From positions 288,001-352,000 of the forward strand of contig CBDCTH010000004.1 in the NCBI GenBank assembly GCA_965222155.1: a DNA stretch of 64,000 nt, in the 5' to 3' direction. The stretch is from Gammaproteobacteria bacterium. GTDB taxonomy: Bacteria; Pseudomonadota; Gammaproteobacteria; Eutrophobiales; Eutrophobiaceae. A program made the position numbers and the translations under genes. Shown in pieces: positions 20,724 through 31,400 of the stretch (position 1 is its first letter; every line of letters starts with the position of its first letter). The notes under the pieces were generated by a model. The model searched no databases. It was not told the origin of the DNA and saw only the letters and a program-made list of their open reading frames with translations.

Positions 20724-20894
20724 GTCTTCATTTCACAGGGATGGATTCTCAAACCGGCAAGCATAAGAATCTTTTTCTGGATTCTTTTATTGCATAACTC
20801 CCGGATGACAGGTGATGTTTCTATCCGCAACATTTCAGAGGCTGACGGATAACAATATAAATTTTATCTGCGTTCATCTGCGTCACCTGCGGAT
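20686..20894. mobile_element. 209-bp MITE-like element, family E, copy 1
   Basis: 29-bp TIRs ATCCGCAGATGACGCAGATGAACGCAGAT; interior related to the reverse complement of 22798-23006. Confidence 0.8.
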
Positions 20895-22794
20895 TATTTT
20901 ATCTGAGCTAACCTGCGTCATCTGCGGATTAATAGTATTTTCATTGCCCCTTACGGCCCGGGAGGGGGTTCATCGCTTTCCTTACTTCGGCGACCTGCAC
21001 GTACACACGTCCTGGTCGCTGGACGCCTACATCATCTTCAACAGGACCACACCGCGGGACGCCTACCGGTTTGCCCGGGGTGAGGAAATTGAATCCTACG
21101 GCGGACAGCCGCGTAAACTCGCGCTGCCGCTGGACTTTGTCGCGGTGACCGAACATGCGGAATTTCTCGGCGAGATGTTGCTCTGCTCGGAGCCGTCCAC
21201 CGCTGCATACCGGGCCCGGTTGTGTGCCGACATAAGGAATGAACAGCAGGACCCGGCCATCGAGAACCGGGTATTCCGCACTGTGCTGTTGAAAATCCTG
21301 AAATCGGCAAGGCCGCAACGCCCGGCCTTCTGCGGCAGCGGCGGGCAGGACTGCCGGCACGCGGCGCACAGCCGCTGGCAGGACATCGGGCGCATTGCGG
21401 ACGAATATTATCAGCCCGGCGAATTCACTACCTTCATCGGTTATGAATGGACCGGCGAACGCAACGGCAATCGGCACCGCAACGTGATCTTTCGCAATAA
21501 CACGGTACCCGAAACACCCTGGAGCATGATCGAGGTGCCGACCGTGGAAGAGTTGTGGGGTAAACTGGACGAAGACTGCCGGGCGCCCTGTGAGGCGCTG
21601 ACTATCTCCCACAACTCCAACCAGAGCCGGGGCGCGCGTTTCGCCGGCCTTAACTCCGCCGGCGCGCCGCTTACCCGGGAAGATGCCGCTTACCGGGCTG
21701 CCCACGAACCGTTGGTGGAAATCATGCAGTTCAAGGGCGATTCCGAATGCCGCGCCGGCCTGGGCACGGAAGATGAATTCTGCAATTTTGAAAAATACGA
21801 CCTGCGCCCCCTGTGTTCCGATCCCCCGGCGCAGGGTACTGCCCTGCCGTGCGTGCCGGTCTGTACGGCTCCAAACCACCCGGAAGGCTGCGCCACCCCG
21901 TTCAACTACGTGCGCAACGGACTGAAATCGGGCCTGGAGTTCCAGCAACGCCTGGGCGTCAACCCCTACAAACTGGGCCTGCTCGGCAGCACGGACGTCC
22001 ATAACGGCAACCCCGGTGATACCGGCGAGGACGGTTATCGCGGTCATTTCGGTTATCTTGACGCCGCCGCGCAAGACCGCCTGGTGCCTGCCCTGAAAAC
22101 CGGTTTCAAGGAGTTACCGAGGAATCCCGGCGCCCTGGCAGGCGTCTGGGCTGAGGAAAACACCCGGGACAGCCTGTTTGACGCGTTCCGGCGCAGGGAG
22201 ACCTTCGGCACCAGCGGCAACCGCACCCTGGTACGCTTCTTCGGCGGTTGGGATTTCCCTGCCGGATTGGAGCCCGGAACCGACCTGGCCGAACTGGGTT
22301 ACCGCTTCGGCGTGCCGATGGGCGCCGACCTGCCCGAACCCGTGACAGGCGGCCCGCCGCGCTTTCTGGTGTGGGCCATGCAGGCTGTGGATGGCGAGAC
22401 GCTGCAACGCCTGCAGGTGATAAAGGGCTGGCTGGAAGACGGCATGACACGGGAACGGGTCTATGACGTGGCCTGTTCCGACGGCCTGGAACCGGACCCG
22501 GACAGCAACCGCTGCCCTGCCAACGGCGCCCGCGTCAACCTGGAAGATTGCAGCGTGACCCCGAACCGCGGCGCAACGCAATTGCAGGGCGTATGGGAAG
22601 ACCCCGATTTCGATGCCCGGGAACATGCGTTCTATTACCTGCGGGTGCTGGAAAACCCGCGCTGCCGCTGGAGCACTTACGATGCCCTGCGCCTGGGGCA
22701 ATCCCCCCCGCCTGAGACAGCGCCCACGGTACAGGAACGTGCCTGGTCATCGCCGATCTGGTATACAGGGGTTTCATCGGCAGATGAAGAATGA
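20812..22794 (+). CDS. DUF3604 (PHP-like metallohydrolase) protein, paralog 1
   Basis: YFGDLHVHTSWSLD, DFVAVTEHAE, GYEWT, HRNV, GSTDVHNG, ERAWSSPIWY; start uncertain. Confidence 0.85.
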   Translation: MMFLSATFQRLTDNNINFICVHLRHLRIILSELTCVICGLIVFSLPLTAREGVHRFPYFGDLHVHTSWSLDAYIIFNRTTPRDAYRFARGEEIESYGGQPRKLALPLDFVAVTEHAEFLGEMLLCSEPSTAAYRARLCADIRNEQQDPAIENRVFRTVLLKILKSARPQRPAFCGSGGQDCRHAAHSRWQDIGRIADEYYQPGEFTTFIGYEWTGERNGNRHRNVIFRNNTVPETPWSMIEVPTVEELWGKLDEDCRAPCEALTISHNSNQSRGARFAGLNSAGAPLTREDAAYRAAHEPLVEIMQFKGDSECRAGLGTEDEFCNFEKYDLRPLCSDPPAQGTALPCVPVCTAPNHPEGCATPFNYVRNGLKSGLEFQQRLGVNPYKLGLLGSTDVHNGNPGDTGEDGYRGHFGYLDAAAQDRLVPALKTGFKELPRNPGALAGVWAEENTRDSLFDAFRRRETFGTSGNRTLVRFFGGWDFPAGLEPGTDLAELGYRFGVPMGADLPEPVTGGPPRFLVWAMQAVDGETLQRLQVIKGWLEDGMTRERVYDVACSDGLEPDPDSNRCPANGARVNLEDCSVTPNRGATQLQGVWEDPDFDAREHAFYYLRVLENPRCRWSTYDALRLGQSPPPETAPTVQERAWSSPIWYTGVSSADEE

Positions 22795-22797
22795 TTT

Positions 22798-23006
22798 ATC
22801 CGCAGATGACGCAGATGAACGCAGATGATAATTTAATCGTTATCCATCATCAGTCGGCAGGATGTTACGGATAGGAATATCACTTTTCATCTGTTAATAA
22901 TGCAAAAATATAAATTCGATGATTCTTATGCTGGTCGGTTTGAGAATGTATCCTTGTCAAAAGAAGAATCATAATTCATCTGCGTTAATCTGCGTCATCT
23001 GCGGAT
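22798..23006. mobile_element. 209-bp MITE-like element, family E, copy 2 (inverted)
   Basis: Same TIRs; GATTCTTATGCTGGTCGGTTTGAGAAT is near reverse complement of the copy 1 interior. Confidence 0.8.
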
Positions 23007-24916
23007 TGATAGTATTTTCATTGCCTCTCACGGCCCAGGAAGGTATTCAACGCTTTCCTTACTTCGGCGACCTGCATGTGCATACTTCCTGGTCGCTTGA
23101 CAGTTATGTCAATTACAACCGTGTCGGCCCCCGTGATGCCTACCGGTTTGCCGGGGGTGAACCGGTGATCCTGTCCGGCGGCAGGGTGGTGCAGATAGAT
23201 CGACCCTTGGATTTTACGGCAGTGACGGAACATGCGGAATACCTGGGTGAACTGCCGCTTTGTACCGATCAGTCCGGCGCCGCGTACTCATTGGAACTGT
23301 GCCGGGATATCCGCAATGAAACCGGGCAGAAGTCCTATATAGATAAGATTTTCAGGGAGTTGATCATACGCGACGTGCTGTCTGCGAACCCGCAACGGGA
23401 GCCTGACCTGTGTGGCGAAGATAACACCCGTTGCCTGGCAAGAGCAAAATCAACCTGGCGGGAATTACAGGATATAGCCCATGAATTTAACCGTCCCGGC
23501 GCCTTTACCACCTTCGTCGGCTATGAGTGGACCGGCAATACGGACGGAAACAACCTGCACAGGAATGTAATCTACGGGAATGCTCAGGTTCCGGCATTGC
23601 CCATAGGTTATTTCGAGGCGAACACGCCGGAAAAATTGTGGCGGCAATTACATGATACCTGTACCGCCCCCTGTGAAGTGCTGGCAATTCCGCATAATTC
23701 CAACCAGAGCAATGGACGGCAGTTCCCGGGAATGAACCCGGATGGCAGTATGCTCAGCGTTGAGCAGGCAAGATTGCGGACAAAAACGGAACCCCTGGTG
23801 GAGATTATCCAGGCCAAGGGTGAATCGGAATGCCACACCGGGGTGGGTACGGAGGATGAATTGTGTCTGTATGAAAAGCTGGAACGCCGCCCGCTGTGCG
23901 GGGCAGACACGGCGGACGCATCCTGTGCCCGGGTCTGTGAGAGTCCTGACCAGGCAGACGTTTGCATCGCGCCCAATAACTACGTCCGCAATGCCTTGAA
24001 GCTGGGTCTGGAACTGGAGCGGCAACTGGACGTTAACCCGTACAGGTTTGGCTTCATAGGCAGCACAGACACCCATAACGGCACACCCGGCGGCACCGAC
24101 GAGACCGATTACCAGGGCCATCACGGGTTTGAAGACGGCACCCCGGCGCGGCGGGCGCTCACGCCTGAAATAAAATCCTTTTCGCCAAGCCGGATGAAAG
24201 GTTCCGGCGGGCTGGCCGGTGTGTGGGCGGAACAGAATACCCGCGCGAGCCTGTTTGCCGCGCTGAAACGCCGCGAAACCTTTGCCACCAGCGGCACCCG
24301 TATTACCGTGCGGTTCTTCGCGGGCTGGGATTTCCCGGACAGAATTGACGGTTCAACCGACCTGGCCGCACTGGGTTACACCAGGGGGGTGCCGATGGGT
24401 GGCAACCTGCTGGCGCGGGCCGGGTTACAGCACACCGGCAAAACCGCTGAGGGAGCATCGCTGAATGATGACCTGGCGGCAGCGGACGATGCAACGCCGC
24501 CGGGCTTCATCCTCTGGGCGATGAAAGACCCGGAAGGGGTCAACCTGCAACGCATGCAGGTGATCAAGGGATGGCTGGAGCAGGGGCAGAGCAGGGAAAA
24601 GGTGTATGACGTGGCCTGTTCCGACGGCCTGGTTCCGCTCCCGGACACACATCGCTGTCCTGACAACGGTGCCGCCGTGGACCTCAGCGATTGCAGTGTC
24701 AGCACGGAGAAAGGCGCCGTTGAACTGAAATCCCAATGGCGGGACCCGGATTTCGACGCGGCACAACACGCTTTTTACTACGTGAGGGTACTGGAGAACC
24801 CCAGCTGCCGCTGGAGCACCTGGGAAGCACTACGCGAAGGTAATAAACCGTTCGAGGACGTCGACCTCACCATACGGGAACGCGCCTGGAGTTCGCCGAT
24901 TTGGTACAGCCCTTGA
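22919..24916 (+). CDS. DUF3604 protein, paralog 2
   Basis: Same motif set as paralog 1; start uncertain. Confidence 0.85.
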   Translation: MILMLVGLRMYPCQKKNHNSSALICVICGLIVFSLPLTAQEGIQRFPYFGDLHVHTSWSLDSYVNYNRVGPRDAYRFAGGEPVILSGGRVVQIDRPLDFTAVTEHAEYLGELPLCTDQSGAAYSLELCRDIRNETGQKSYIDKIFRELIIRDVLSANPQREPDLCGEDNTRCLARAKSTWRELQDIAHEFNRPGAFTTFVGYEWTGNTDGNNLHRNVIYGNAQVPALPIGYFEANTPEKLWRQLHDTCTAPCEVLAIPHNSNQSNGRQFPGMNPDGSMLSVEQARLRTKTEPLVEIIQAKGESECHTGVGTEDELCLYEKLERRPLCGADTADASCARVCESPDQADVCIAPNNYVRNALKLGLELERQLDVNPYRFGFIGSTDTHNGTPGGTDETDYQGHHGFEDGTPARRALTPEIKSFSPSRMKGSGGLAGVWAEQNTRASLFAALKRRETFATSGTRITVRFFAGWDFPDRIDGSTDLAALGYTRGVPMGGNLLARAGLQHTGKTAEGASLNDDLAAADDATPPGFILWAMKDPEGVNLQRMQVIKGWLEQGQSREKVYDVACSDGLVPLPDTHRCPDNGAAVDLSDCSVSTEKGAVELKSQWRDPDFDAAQHAFYYVRVLENPSCRWSTWEALREGNKPFEDVDLTIRERAWSSPIWYSP

Positions 24917-24999
24917 ACACTGCCCTATGTCAGATCATGGATAAGTAAGGATGGAGCTTGTTACTTTAGCCCGCATTATTTCTCACCAGTTGATGCGAT

Positions 25000-25343
25000 G
25001 ACAAATCGACAGGATAGCCGATTTACAAAGTACGTCCTGTACTTTGCCCCGTCGGGGCCAGTCTCGCGGGGCTCGACTGTTCATATTTGCCCCAGGCAAA
25101 TTTATGCACGGCGCAAGCCGCCCGTAGGGTTGCGCCCAGAGCCTGCCCCCCTGCTTACAACCGCAGGGGCAAGCTCTGTATGGAGTTGAGCAGGGGGATG
25201 GGCGCAATGAACGCACCGGATTTTGATGTGCGCCTTCCCTGGCGCACCCCCTACGGGCACCCTGCGGGCGTCCAAATCTGCTCCGGGCAGATTTGTGATG
25301 TGCGCCGTCCATCTCTCCGGGGACGGATTTCAAATCCGTCCCC
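25000..25343. repeat. Family F mosaic (inverted relative to 10.2 kb) ending in a family C palindrome
   Basis: Shared blocks with 10068-10445; GGGGACGGATTTCAAATCCGTCCCC at 25319-25343. Confidence 0.7.
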
Positions 25344-25369
25344 TTATGCAGTACGGGCGCCCGGCGAAG

Positions 25370-25456
25370 GATATTTGGGGTCAGAGTAAAAATACAGTCA
25401 GTTTGGCAAGTGGTAGTGGCTTGTTGTTGAGTATTTTTACTCTGACCCTAAATATC
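25370..25456. repeat. Inverted-repeat element, family B, copy 2
   Basis: Arms GATATTTGGGGTCAGAGTAAAAATAC and GTATTTTTACTCTGACCCTAAATATC. Confidence 0.85.
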
Positions 25457-25468
25457 ACCAAATATCAA

Positions 25469-25495
25469 TCAGCGTATTAACTTACGCCGTTTCAT
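25469..25495 (-). pseudogene. HicA toxin stub MKRRKLIR*
   Basis: ATG overlaps the hicB stop (ATGA); HicA-like start; stops after 8 codons next to a family B repeat. Confidence 0.55.
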
Positions 25496-25704
25496 ACAGC
25501 GATATTAAGTTCTTCGTATCTCTCACCGGCAGCATGACGGGCATCCATACGGTTGAATTCAAGCGCTTCCCTCAACGTTATGGTTAATGATTCCAGGAGT
25601 TCCTCACGAGTCAATTCCTGGCAGTTTACACCGGGCACTTCTTCAATCCAGCCGATCCAGCAGTTGTCTTGTTGTTTAATGATGGCAGTGTAGTTCATAT
25701 TCAT
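25492..25704 (-). CDS. HicB-family antitoxin (short, orphan)
   Basis: YTAIIKQQDNCWIGWIEEVPGVNCQELTREELL. Confidence 0.8.
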   Translation of the reverse strand: MNMNYTAIIKQQDNCWIGWIEEVPGVNCQELTREELLESLTITLREALEFNRMDARHAAGERYEELNIAV

Positions 25705-25733
25705 GTATTCATTGCATCTTAATTCCAGTTACA

Positions 25734-27206
25734 ATGGATGCGGATTCTATAGTGATTTACAGGATACCCACCAGAAAGGATAACATTACCGGGTGCGCCC
25801 ACCTGACAGAGGGTACTACAAGTAACATATTGAAAAAATTCATTTCGCAATTACTGATACAAGGCCTGGTGTTGCTTCTGGCCGGTTGCGCCGTCTCTGC
25901 GATTTCACCCGGTATCAAGGAACGGGACCTGCCTGATAGCTGGAGCGTTGAGGCAGAGCATGATGCAGTCAGGGCCGGCTGGCTGGCGGAGCTGGGTGAT
26001 ACGGAACTCAGCGACCTGGTGGCCGTTGCCATGGAGCAGAATTACCAGCTGGCGCAACTGGCCGCGGACGTCGAGGCCGCGCAACAGGCCGTCATCATCA
26101 GCGGCGCGCCGCTTTATCCGGAATTATCCCTGGCGTTCGACAGCTCGCGCAGGCGGGTTATCAGCAACGATTTCGGGATTACCAGGACCACCAGCAACTT
26201 CGAGGTCGGCGTGGACCTGTCCTGGGAAATCGATGCCTGGGGTAAACTCAGGGATATCGAGAAACAGGCCGGCCTGAACCTGCTGGCAGCGCAGGCGCGC
26301 TATACGGACAACCGTAACAGGCTGGCGGCCAGGGTGGCGCGCGCCTGGTACAACGTCGTCGGCGCGGGTGAACTGCTGGCGCTGTTGCGCGAGAGGCTGG
26401 CAAACCTCAAGGAAGACCTGGACATTATCCAGCGCGCCTATAACCAGGGTTTGACGGGCGCATTGGACGTTTACCTGGCCCGCACAAGTGTGGACCAGGA
26501 ACGCGCCCGCATTGCCGGGCAGGAGCAACTGCTGGCGGAAAACCGGGTGGCCCTGCAGTTGCTGCTGGGAGATTACCCGGACGGCAGGCTGCATGTGGAT
26601 AAGACGTTGCCCCTGCTTGAGGAACCCATTCCCGCGGGTCTGCCCGCCGAACTCATCAGCCGGCGGCCGGACCTGCAACAGGCGTGGATGAGCCTGCTGG
26701 CCAGTGACGCGGGTGTTGCGATTGCCCATAAGCAGCGGTTTCCGCGTATTTCCCTGGTGGCGGCCGGCAATGACGTCTCGAAAGAATTCGGCAGCCTGCT
26801 GAACGGCAGCGCGCTGGCCTGGTCGGTGCTGGGCAACCTGACCCAGCCCCTGTTTAACCGGGGCCGGCTGAAAGCGCAGGAGGAACAGGCCAGGGCCCGC
26901 GTCGCGCAGGCGGAAAATCAATACCTGGAGCGGTTGTACCAGGCCTTCTCGGAGGTGGAGAACGCCCTCAGCCGCAACCGCTCACTGCAAACCCGCTACC
27001 AGGTGACCCTGGCTGCGGAAAAAAATGCCGTGACCGGGCTGACCCTGGCGTTTGAACAGTATCAGCGCGGACTGGTCCCCTATACCACGGTACTGGAGGC
27101 GCAGCGCCGAGCTTTTGATATACAATCCGGGGTGATCGAATTGCGCAACCAGTTGTTGCAGAACAGGATCACCTTACACCTTGCCCTGGGAGGCGACTTT
27201 GGATGA
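25734..27206 (+). CDS. Outer-membrane efflux lipoprotein (TolC/NodT family)
   Basis: Lipobox LLAGC, SWEIDAWG, LPAELISRRPDL, ALGG; true start probably slightly downstream. Confidence 0.88.
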   Translation: MDADSIVIYRIPTRKDNITGCAHLTEGTTSNILKKFISQLLIQGLVLLLAGCAVSAISPGIKERDLPDSWSVEAEHDAVRAGWLAELGDTELSDLVAVAMEQNYQLAQLAADVEAAQQAVIISGAPLYPELSLAFDSSRRRVISNDFGITRTTSNFEVGVDLSWEIDAWGKLRDIEKQAGLNLLAAQARYTDNRNRLAARVARAWYNVVGAGELLALLRERLANLKEDLDIIQRAYNQGLTGALDVYLARTSVDQERARIAGQEQLLAENRVALQLLLGDYPDGRLHVDKTLPLLEEPIPAGLPAELISRRPDLQQAWMSLLASDAGVAIAHKQRFPRISLVAAGNDVSKEFGSLLNGSALAWSVLGNLTQPLFNRGRLKAQEEQARARVAQAENQYLERLYQAFSEVENALSRNRSLQTRYQVTLAAEKNAVTGLTLAFEQYQRGLVPYTTVLEAQRRAFDIQSGVIELRNQLLQNRITLHLALGGDFG

Positions 27207-28447
27207 GTAGAAAATTAATGCCTGTCATCATACTCGCCGTACTCCTCGGTCTGGCCTTCCTGGTGTTGCGTAACCCGCCGCAGGCTGATCGAAGCGAGGC
27301 GCCCGCCGCAGCGAAACTCGCAGTGGACGTGATGAAACTGGAGCGGCAGCCTTACCGGGTGAACCTGCAGAGTTACGGCACAGTGCAGCCGCGCACACAG
27401 AGCATACTGGTGGCGCAGGTGTTTGGTGAAATCACCTCCATCAATGACAGCCTGAGAACAGGCGGTTTTTTTGAGAAAGGCGAAAAATTGCTCAGTATTG
27501 ATCAAAGGGATTATCTCGCCGATGTAAAAATTTCGGACGCATCGTTGATGGGAGCGAAACAAGCGCTGGCCGAGGAGGAGGCCCGTTCCGTGCAGGCGCT
27601 GGAGGACTGGAACCGCCTGGGCAACCAGGGCGAGGCGCCGGACCTGGTACTGCGCAAGCCGCAACTGGCGGCAGCCGAAGCCGGCGTGATTTCAGCGCAA
27701 TCCGCACTGGACAAGGCGCGCCTGGAACTGGAACGCACCCACATCGTCGCGCCCTACGCGGGACGCGTCAGGAACAAGCTGGTGGACCAGGGGCAGGTGG
27801 TGAACAAAAACTCGCCGCTGGCGGAAATCTACGCCGTGGATTTTGTTGAAATACGCCTGCCGATACGCAACCGTGACCTGACCTTTATCAACCTGCCGGA
27901 AGACTACCGGTTTGACGCCGGGGAGCCGGCTGACGGTCCGCGGGTGACGATCCGTTCGGAACTGGGAGGCGGTTCGGAATGGCAGGGCAGGGTGGTGCGC
28001 ACCGAAGGCGCCATCGATGACAGCGCCAGGCAGTTGCACGTGGTGGCGCAGGTCGATGATCCCTTTGGTGTCCATGCCCGGGGCAAAACGCCCTTGAAGA
28101 TAGGCCAGTACGTGACGGCGGAATTGCAGGGCAGGCAGGTGCAGGACGCCCTGGTGATACCGAGCCAGGCCATTTACCAGAGTGGTTATGTCTATATTGT
28201 GGAAGCCGGTATATTGCAGCGGCGCGATATTGAAATCGCTTGGCAGAACCAGGCAGAGGCATTACTGGACAGTGGCCTCAGCGAGGGCGATATGCTGGTA
28301 TTGACTTCTCTCGGACAAGTGAGTTCCGGCGTGCCGGTGACCATATCTAAGCGGTCGCGTAACGAATCCGGGGACGGATTTGAAAATCCGTCCCCTTTGG
28401 CGTTGGATGAATTGCCGGGCAGTTCAACGGGCAGGATGCAGTTATGA
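27203..28447 (+). CDS. RND periplasmic adaptor (MFP)
   Basis: N-terminal anchor, GTVQPR, IVAPYAGRV; overlaps neighbours. Confidence 0.88.
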   Translation: MSRKLMPVIILAVLLGLAFLVLRNPPQADRSEAPAAAKLAVDVMKLERQPYRVNLQSYGTVQPRTQSILVAQVFGEITSINDSLRTGGFFEKGEKLLSIDQRDYLADVKISDASLMGAKQALAEEEARSVQALEDWNRLGNQGEAPDLVLRKPQLAAAEAGVISAQSALDKARLELERTHIVAPYAGRVRNKLVDQGQVVNKNSPLAEIYAVDFVEIRLPIRNRDLTFINLPEDYRFDAGEPADGPRVTIRSELGGGSEWQGRVVRTEGAIDDSARQLHVVAQVDDPFGVHARGKTPLKIGQYVTAELQGRQVQDALVIPSQAIYQSGYVYIVEAGILQRRDIEIAWQNQAEALLDSGLSEGDMLVLTSLGQVSSGVPVTISKRSRNESGDGFENPSPLALDELPGSSTGRMQL

Positions 28448-31400
28448 TCGACTGGTTTGCAAGAAACCATGTAGCCGCTAACCTGTTGCTGTTCAGCATC
28501 ATCATCGGCGGGCTTTTATCGCTCAAAACGACGCTGAAACTGGATCTGTTTCCGGAGATCGAACCCGACGTCATCAATGTGTTCGTGCCCCTGCGTGGCG
28601 CGACACCCGAGGATATGGAGCTGGGTGTCGCTATCCGCATCGAGGAAGCGGTACAGGACCTGGAAGGTATCGACAGGATAATCAGCCGTTCCGTCGAAGG
28701 CAGCGCCAGGGTCAGCATAGAAGTGGATTCCGACTATGAGCCGCGGGAACTGCTCAACGATATAAAGAATCGGGTCGATTCCATCAATACCTTCCCTGCC
28801 GATACGGAAAAACCGGTAGTGAGCCTGGCGCAACGCACGCGTCCGGTGATGTCGGTGGTGGTAGCCGGCAATTACAGCGAAGGGGAGATCCGCAGTTTCG
28901 CCGAGCAGGTGCGCGATGATTTATTGCGTATCGATGGTATTACACAGATCACGCTGGACGCCGTCAGAAAATATGAGATCAGTATAGAAGCGTCCCAGGA
29001 TCGTTTGCGGGAATTCAACCTGACCCTGGCGGATATTGCCCGCTCCGTACAGCGCAGTTCGCTGGATATCTCTGCCGGCAACGTTCGCACTGACGGGGGT
29101 GACGTGCTCATCCGGTCCAAGGGACAGGCCTACCGGCGCGCGCAATTTGAAGATATCGTAGTCAAGACCAACCCCGACGGCAGCATTATCCGCGTAGCCG
29201 ACGTCGCAGAGGTCAACGACGGTTTCGAAGAAGTCCTGTTGAAGGCCGGCTTCAATGGCGAGTTTGCCGCCATGATCCAGGTATTCCGGGTAGGCGACCA
29301 GGACGTCCTGGACGTCGCGCAAAAGGTGAAGGACTATATCGCGGCGAGACAGGCTACGCTGCCGGCAGGCATGATCCTGGACTACTGGAACGACCGCTCT
29401 TCCTTTCTGAAGGCGCGTCTCGGTACGCTGGTCAAAAACGGCATACAAGGCAGTATCCTGGTGATTGTCCTGTTGACGATGTTCCTGAGGCCGGCCGTGG
29501 CGTTCTGGGTATTCATCGGTATCCCGGTCAGTTTTCTGGGCGCGCTGATGCTCATGCCGCTCGGCGGTGTCAGCATCAATATGCTCAGTCTGTTCGGCTT
29601 TATTGTCGTGCTCGGTATCGTGGTCGATGACGCCATCGTCACCGGGGAAAACATCTACACCCGCCTGCGCGAGGGAGGTGACCCCCTCGTCGCTTCCATC
29701 CAGGGCACCAAACAGGTCGCGGTACCGGTGACCTTCGGTATCCTGACGACCATCGCGGCCTTCAGCCCGCTGGCATTTGTCGAGGGACGCATGGGTGATT
29801 TTATGGGAGCGATACCCGCCGTTGTCATTCCGTGCCTGGTGTTTTCCCTGATCGAGTCGAAATTTGTGCTGCCGGCGCATTTGAAAACCGTCAGGGTACG
29901 CAATGACCCTGCGACACTCTCAGGCTTCAGCAGGTTTCAGCAGCGCTTTGCCGACGGGTTTGAACAGTTCATCATAGATTATTACCGGCCTGTACTGCGC
30001 TATTCCCTGAACAACCGCTATTCGGTCATCGCCGCGTTCCTGGGTCTCCTGGTGCTGACGCTGGCGCTGGTGCTGAGTGGCTGGGCCAGGTTCGTATTTT
30101 TCCCGCGCATAGAAGGAGATGTTGCCACCGTCACCCTGACCATGCCGGTAGGCACGCCATTCCAGGTCACCGACAGGCACATGCAGCGCATCACCGATGC
30201 TACGTTTGAGTTAAAGCGTAAGTATACCAATGGCGCAGGCGGGGAGCCGATTATTCGCAATATTTTATCCACTACGGGCTCGGCAAATATTCCGTCAGCA
30301 GGAGGACCGGGAGGCACTCTGACCAGCGGTGATAATTATGGGCAGGTCATCATTGAGGCGGTGCCTTCCGATGAACGTCTCACCGATATTCGAACAAATG
30401 ACCTGCTCAAGGAATGGCGCCGGAAGATCGGCGGCATACCCGGCGCTGAAGCGCTGACTTATCGCGCCGAACTCCTTCGCACCGGGGACCCGATCAGTAT
30501 TCAGTTCAGCGCCCGCTCCCTGGAGACCCTGGCAAAAATAGGCGAACAGGTAAAACAACGTTTGATGACCTATCCGACGGTCTTTGATATCGCCGACAGC
30601 CTCTCCGACGGCAAGGAAGAGCTGCAGATCGAACTGACTCCGCAGGGTCACGTACTGGGCCTCACGCGCGCGGCGATAGCGAATCAGGTCAGCGAGGCGT
30701 TTCGCGGCTTTGAAGCACAACGCATTCAGCGCGGGCGCGATGACATACGCGTGATTGTGCGTCTGCCGAGGGAGGAGAGAAGAACCACGGCAACGCTGGA
30801 TGAATACCTGATCACCGCGCCGGACGGCCGCCAGGTGCCGCTCTCCCACGTGGCAACGCTGACACCGGGCAAGGGCCCGGCAACGATTACCCGTATCGAT
30901 CGCGAGCGCACCATGACCGTCTCGGCCGATATCGACAAGCAGCAGACGAACATGACGGTATTGCGCGCGGACCTGGACCGGTACCTGCATGCGCTGATAG
31001 CCGGCTACCCCGGCGTTACCTATTCGTTTGAGGGCGAGGCAAAGGAACAACGCGAATCGTTTGCCAGTCTGCAATTGGGCATGGTTGCGATACTGTTTGT
31101 CATTTATATATTACTGGCACTGCCCCTCAAGTCCTACACCCAGCCGCTGATCGTCATGTCGGTGATCCCGTTCGGTGTCATCGGCGCAATATGGGGACAC
31201 TGGATAATGGGGCGCGAATTGTGCTTTCCAAGCATGCTCGGTGTGATGGCCCTGGCCGGTGTGGTCGTCAATGACAGCCTGGTGCTGGTGGATTTTATCA
31301 ACCAGAAGAGGGCACAGGGCATGGCTGTGCTGGACGCGGTATTGAATGCCGGGGTTGTCCGCTTCAGGCCGGTGATGCTGACCTCGTTGACAACCTTCTT

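Noticed and set aside
20941-22074. Long antisense ORFs (also 26124-26921, 28921-29880, 30295-31074)
   Set aside because: Shadows of GC-rich genes on the opposite strand, with no motifs.
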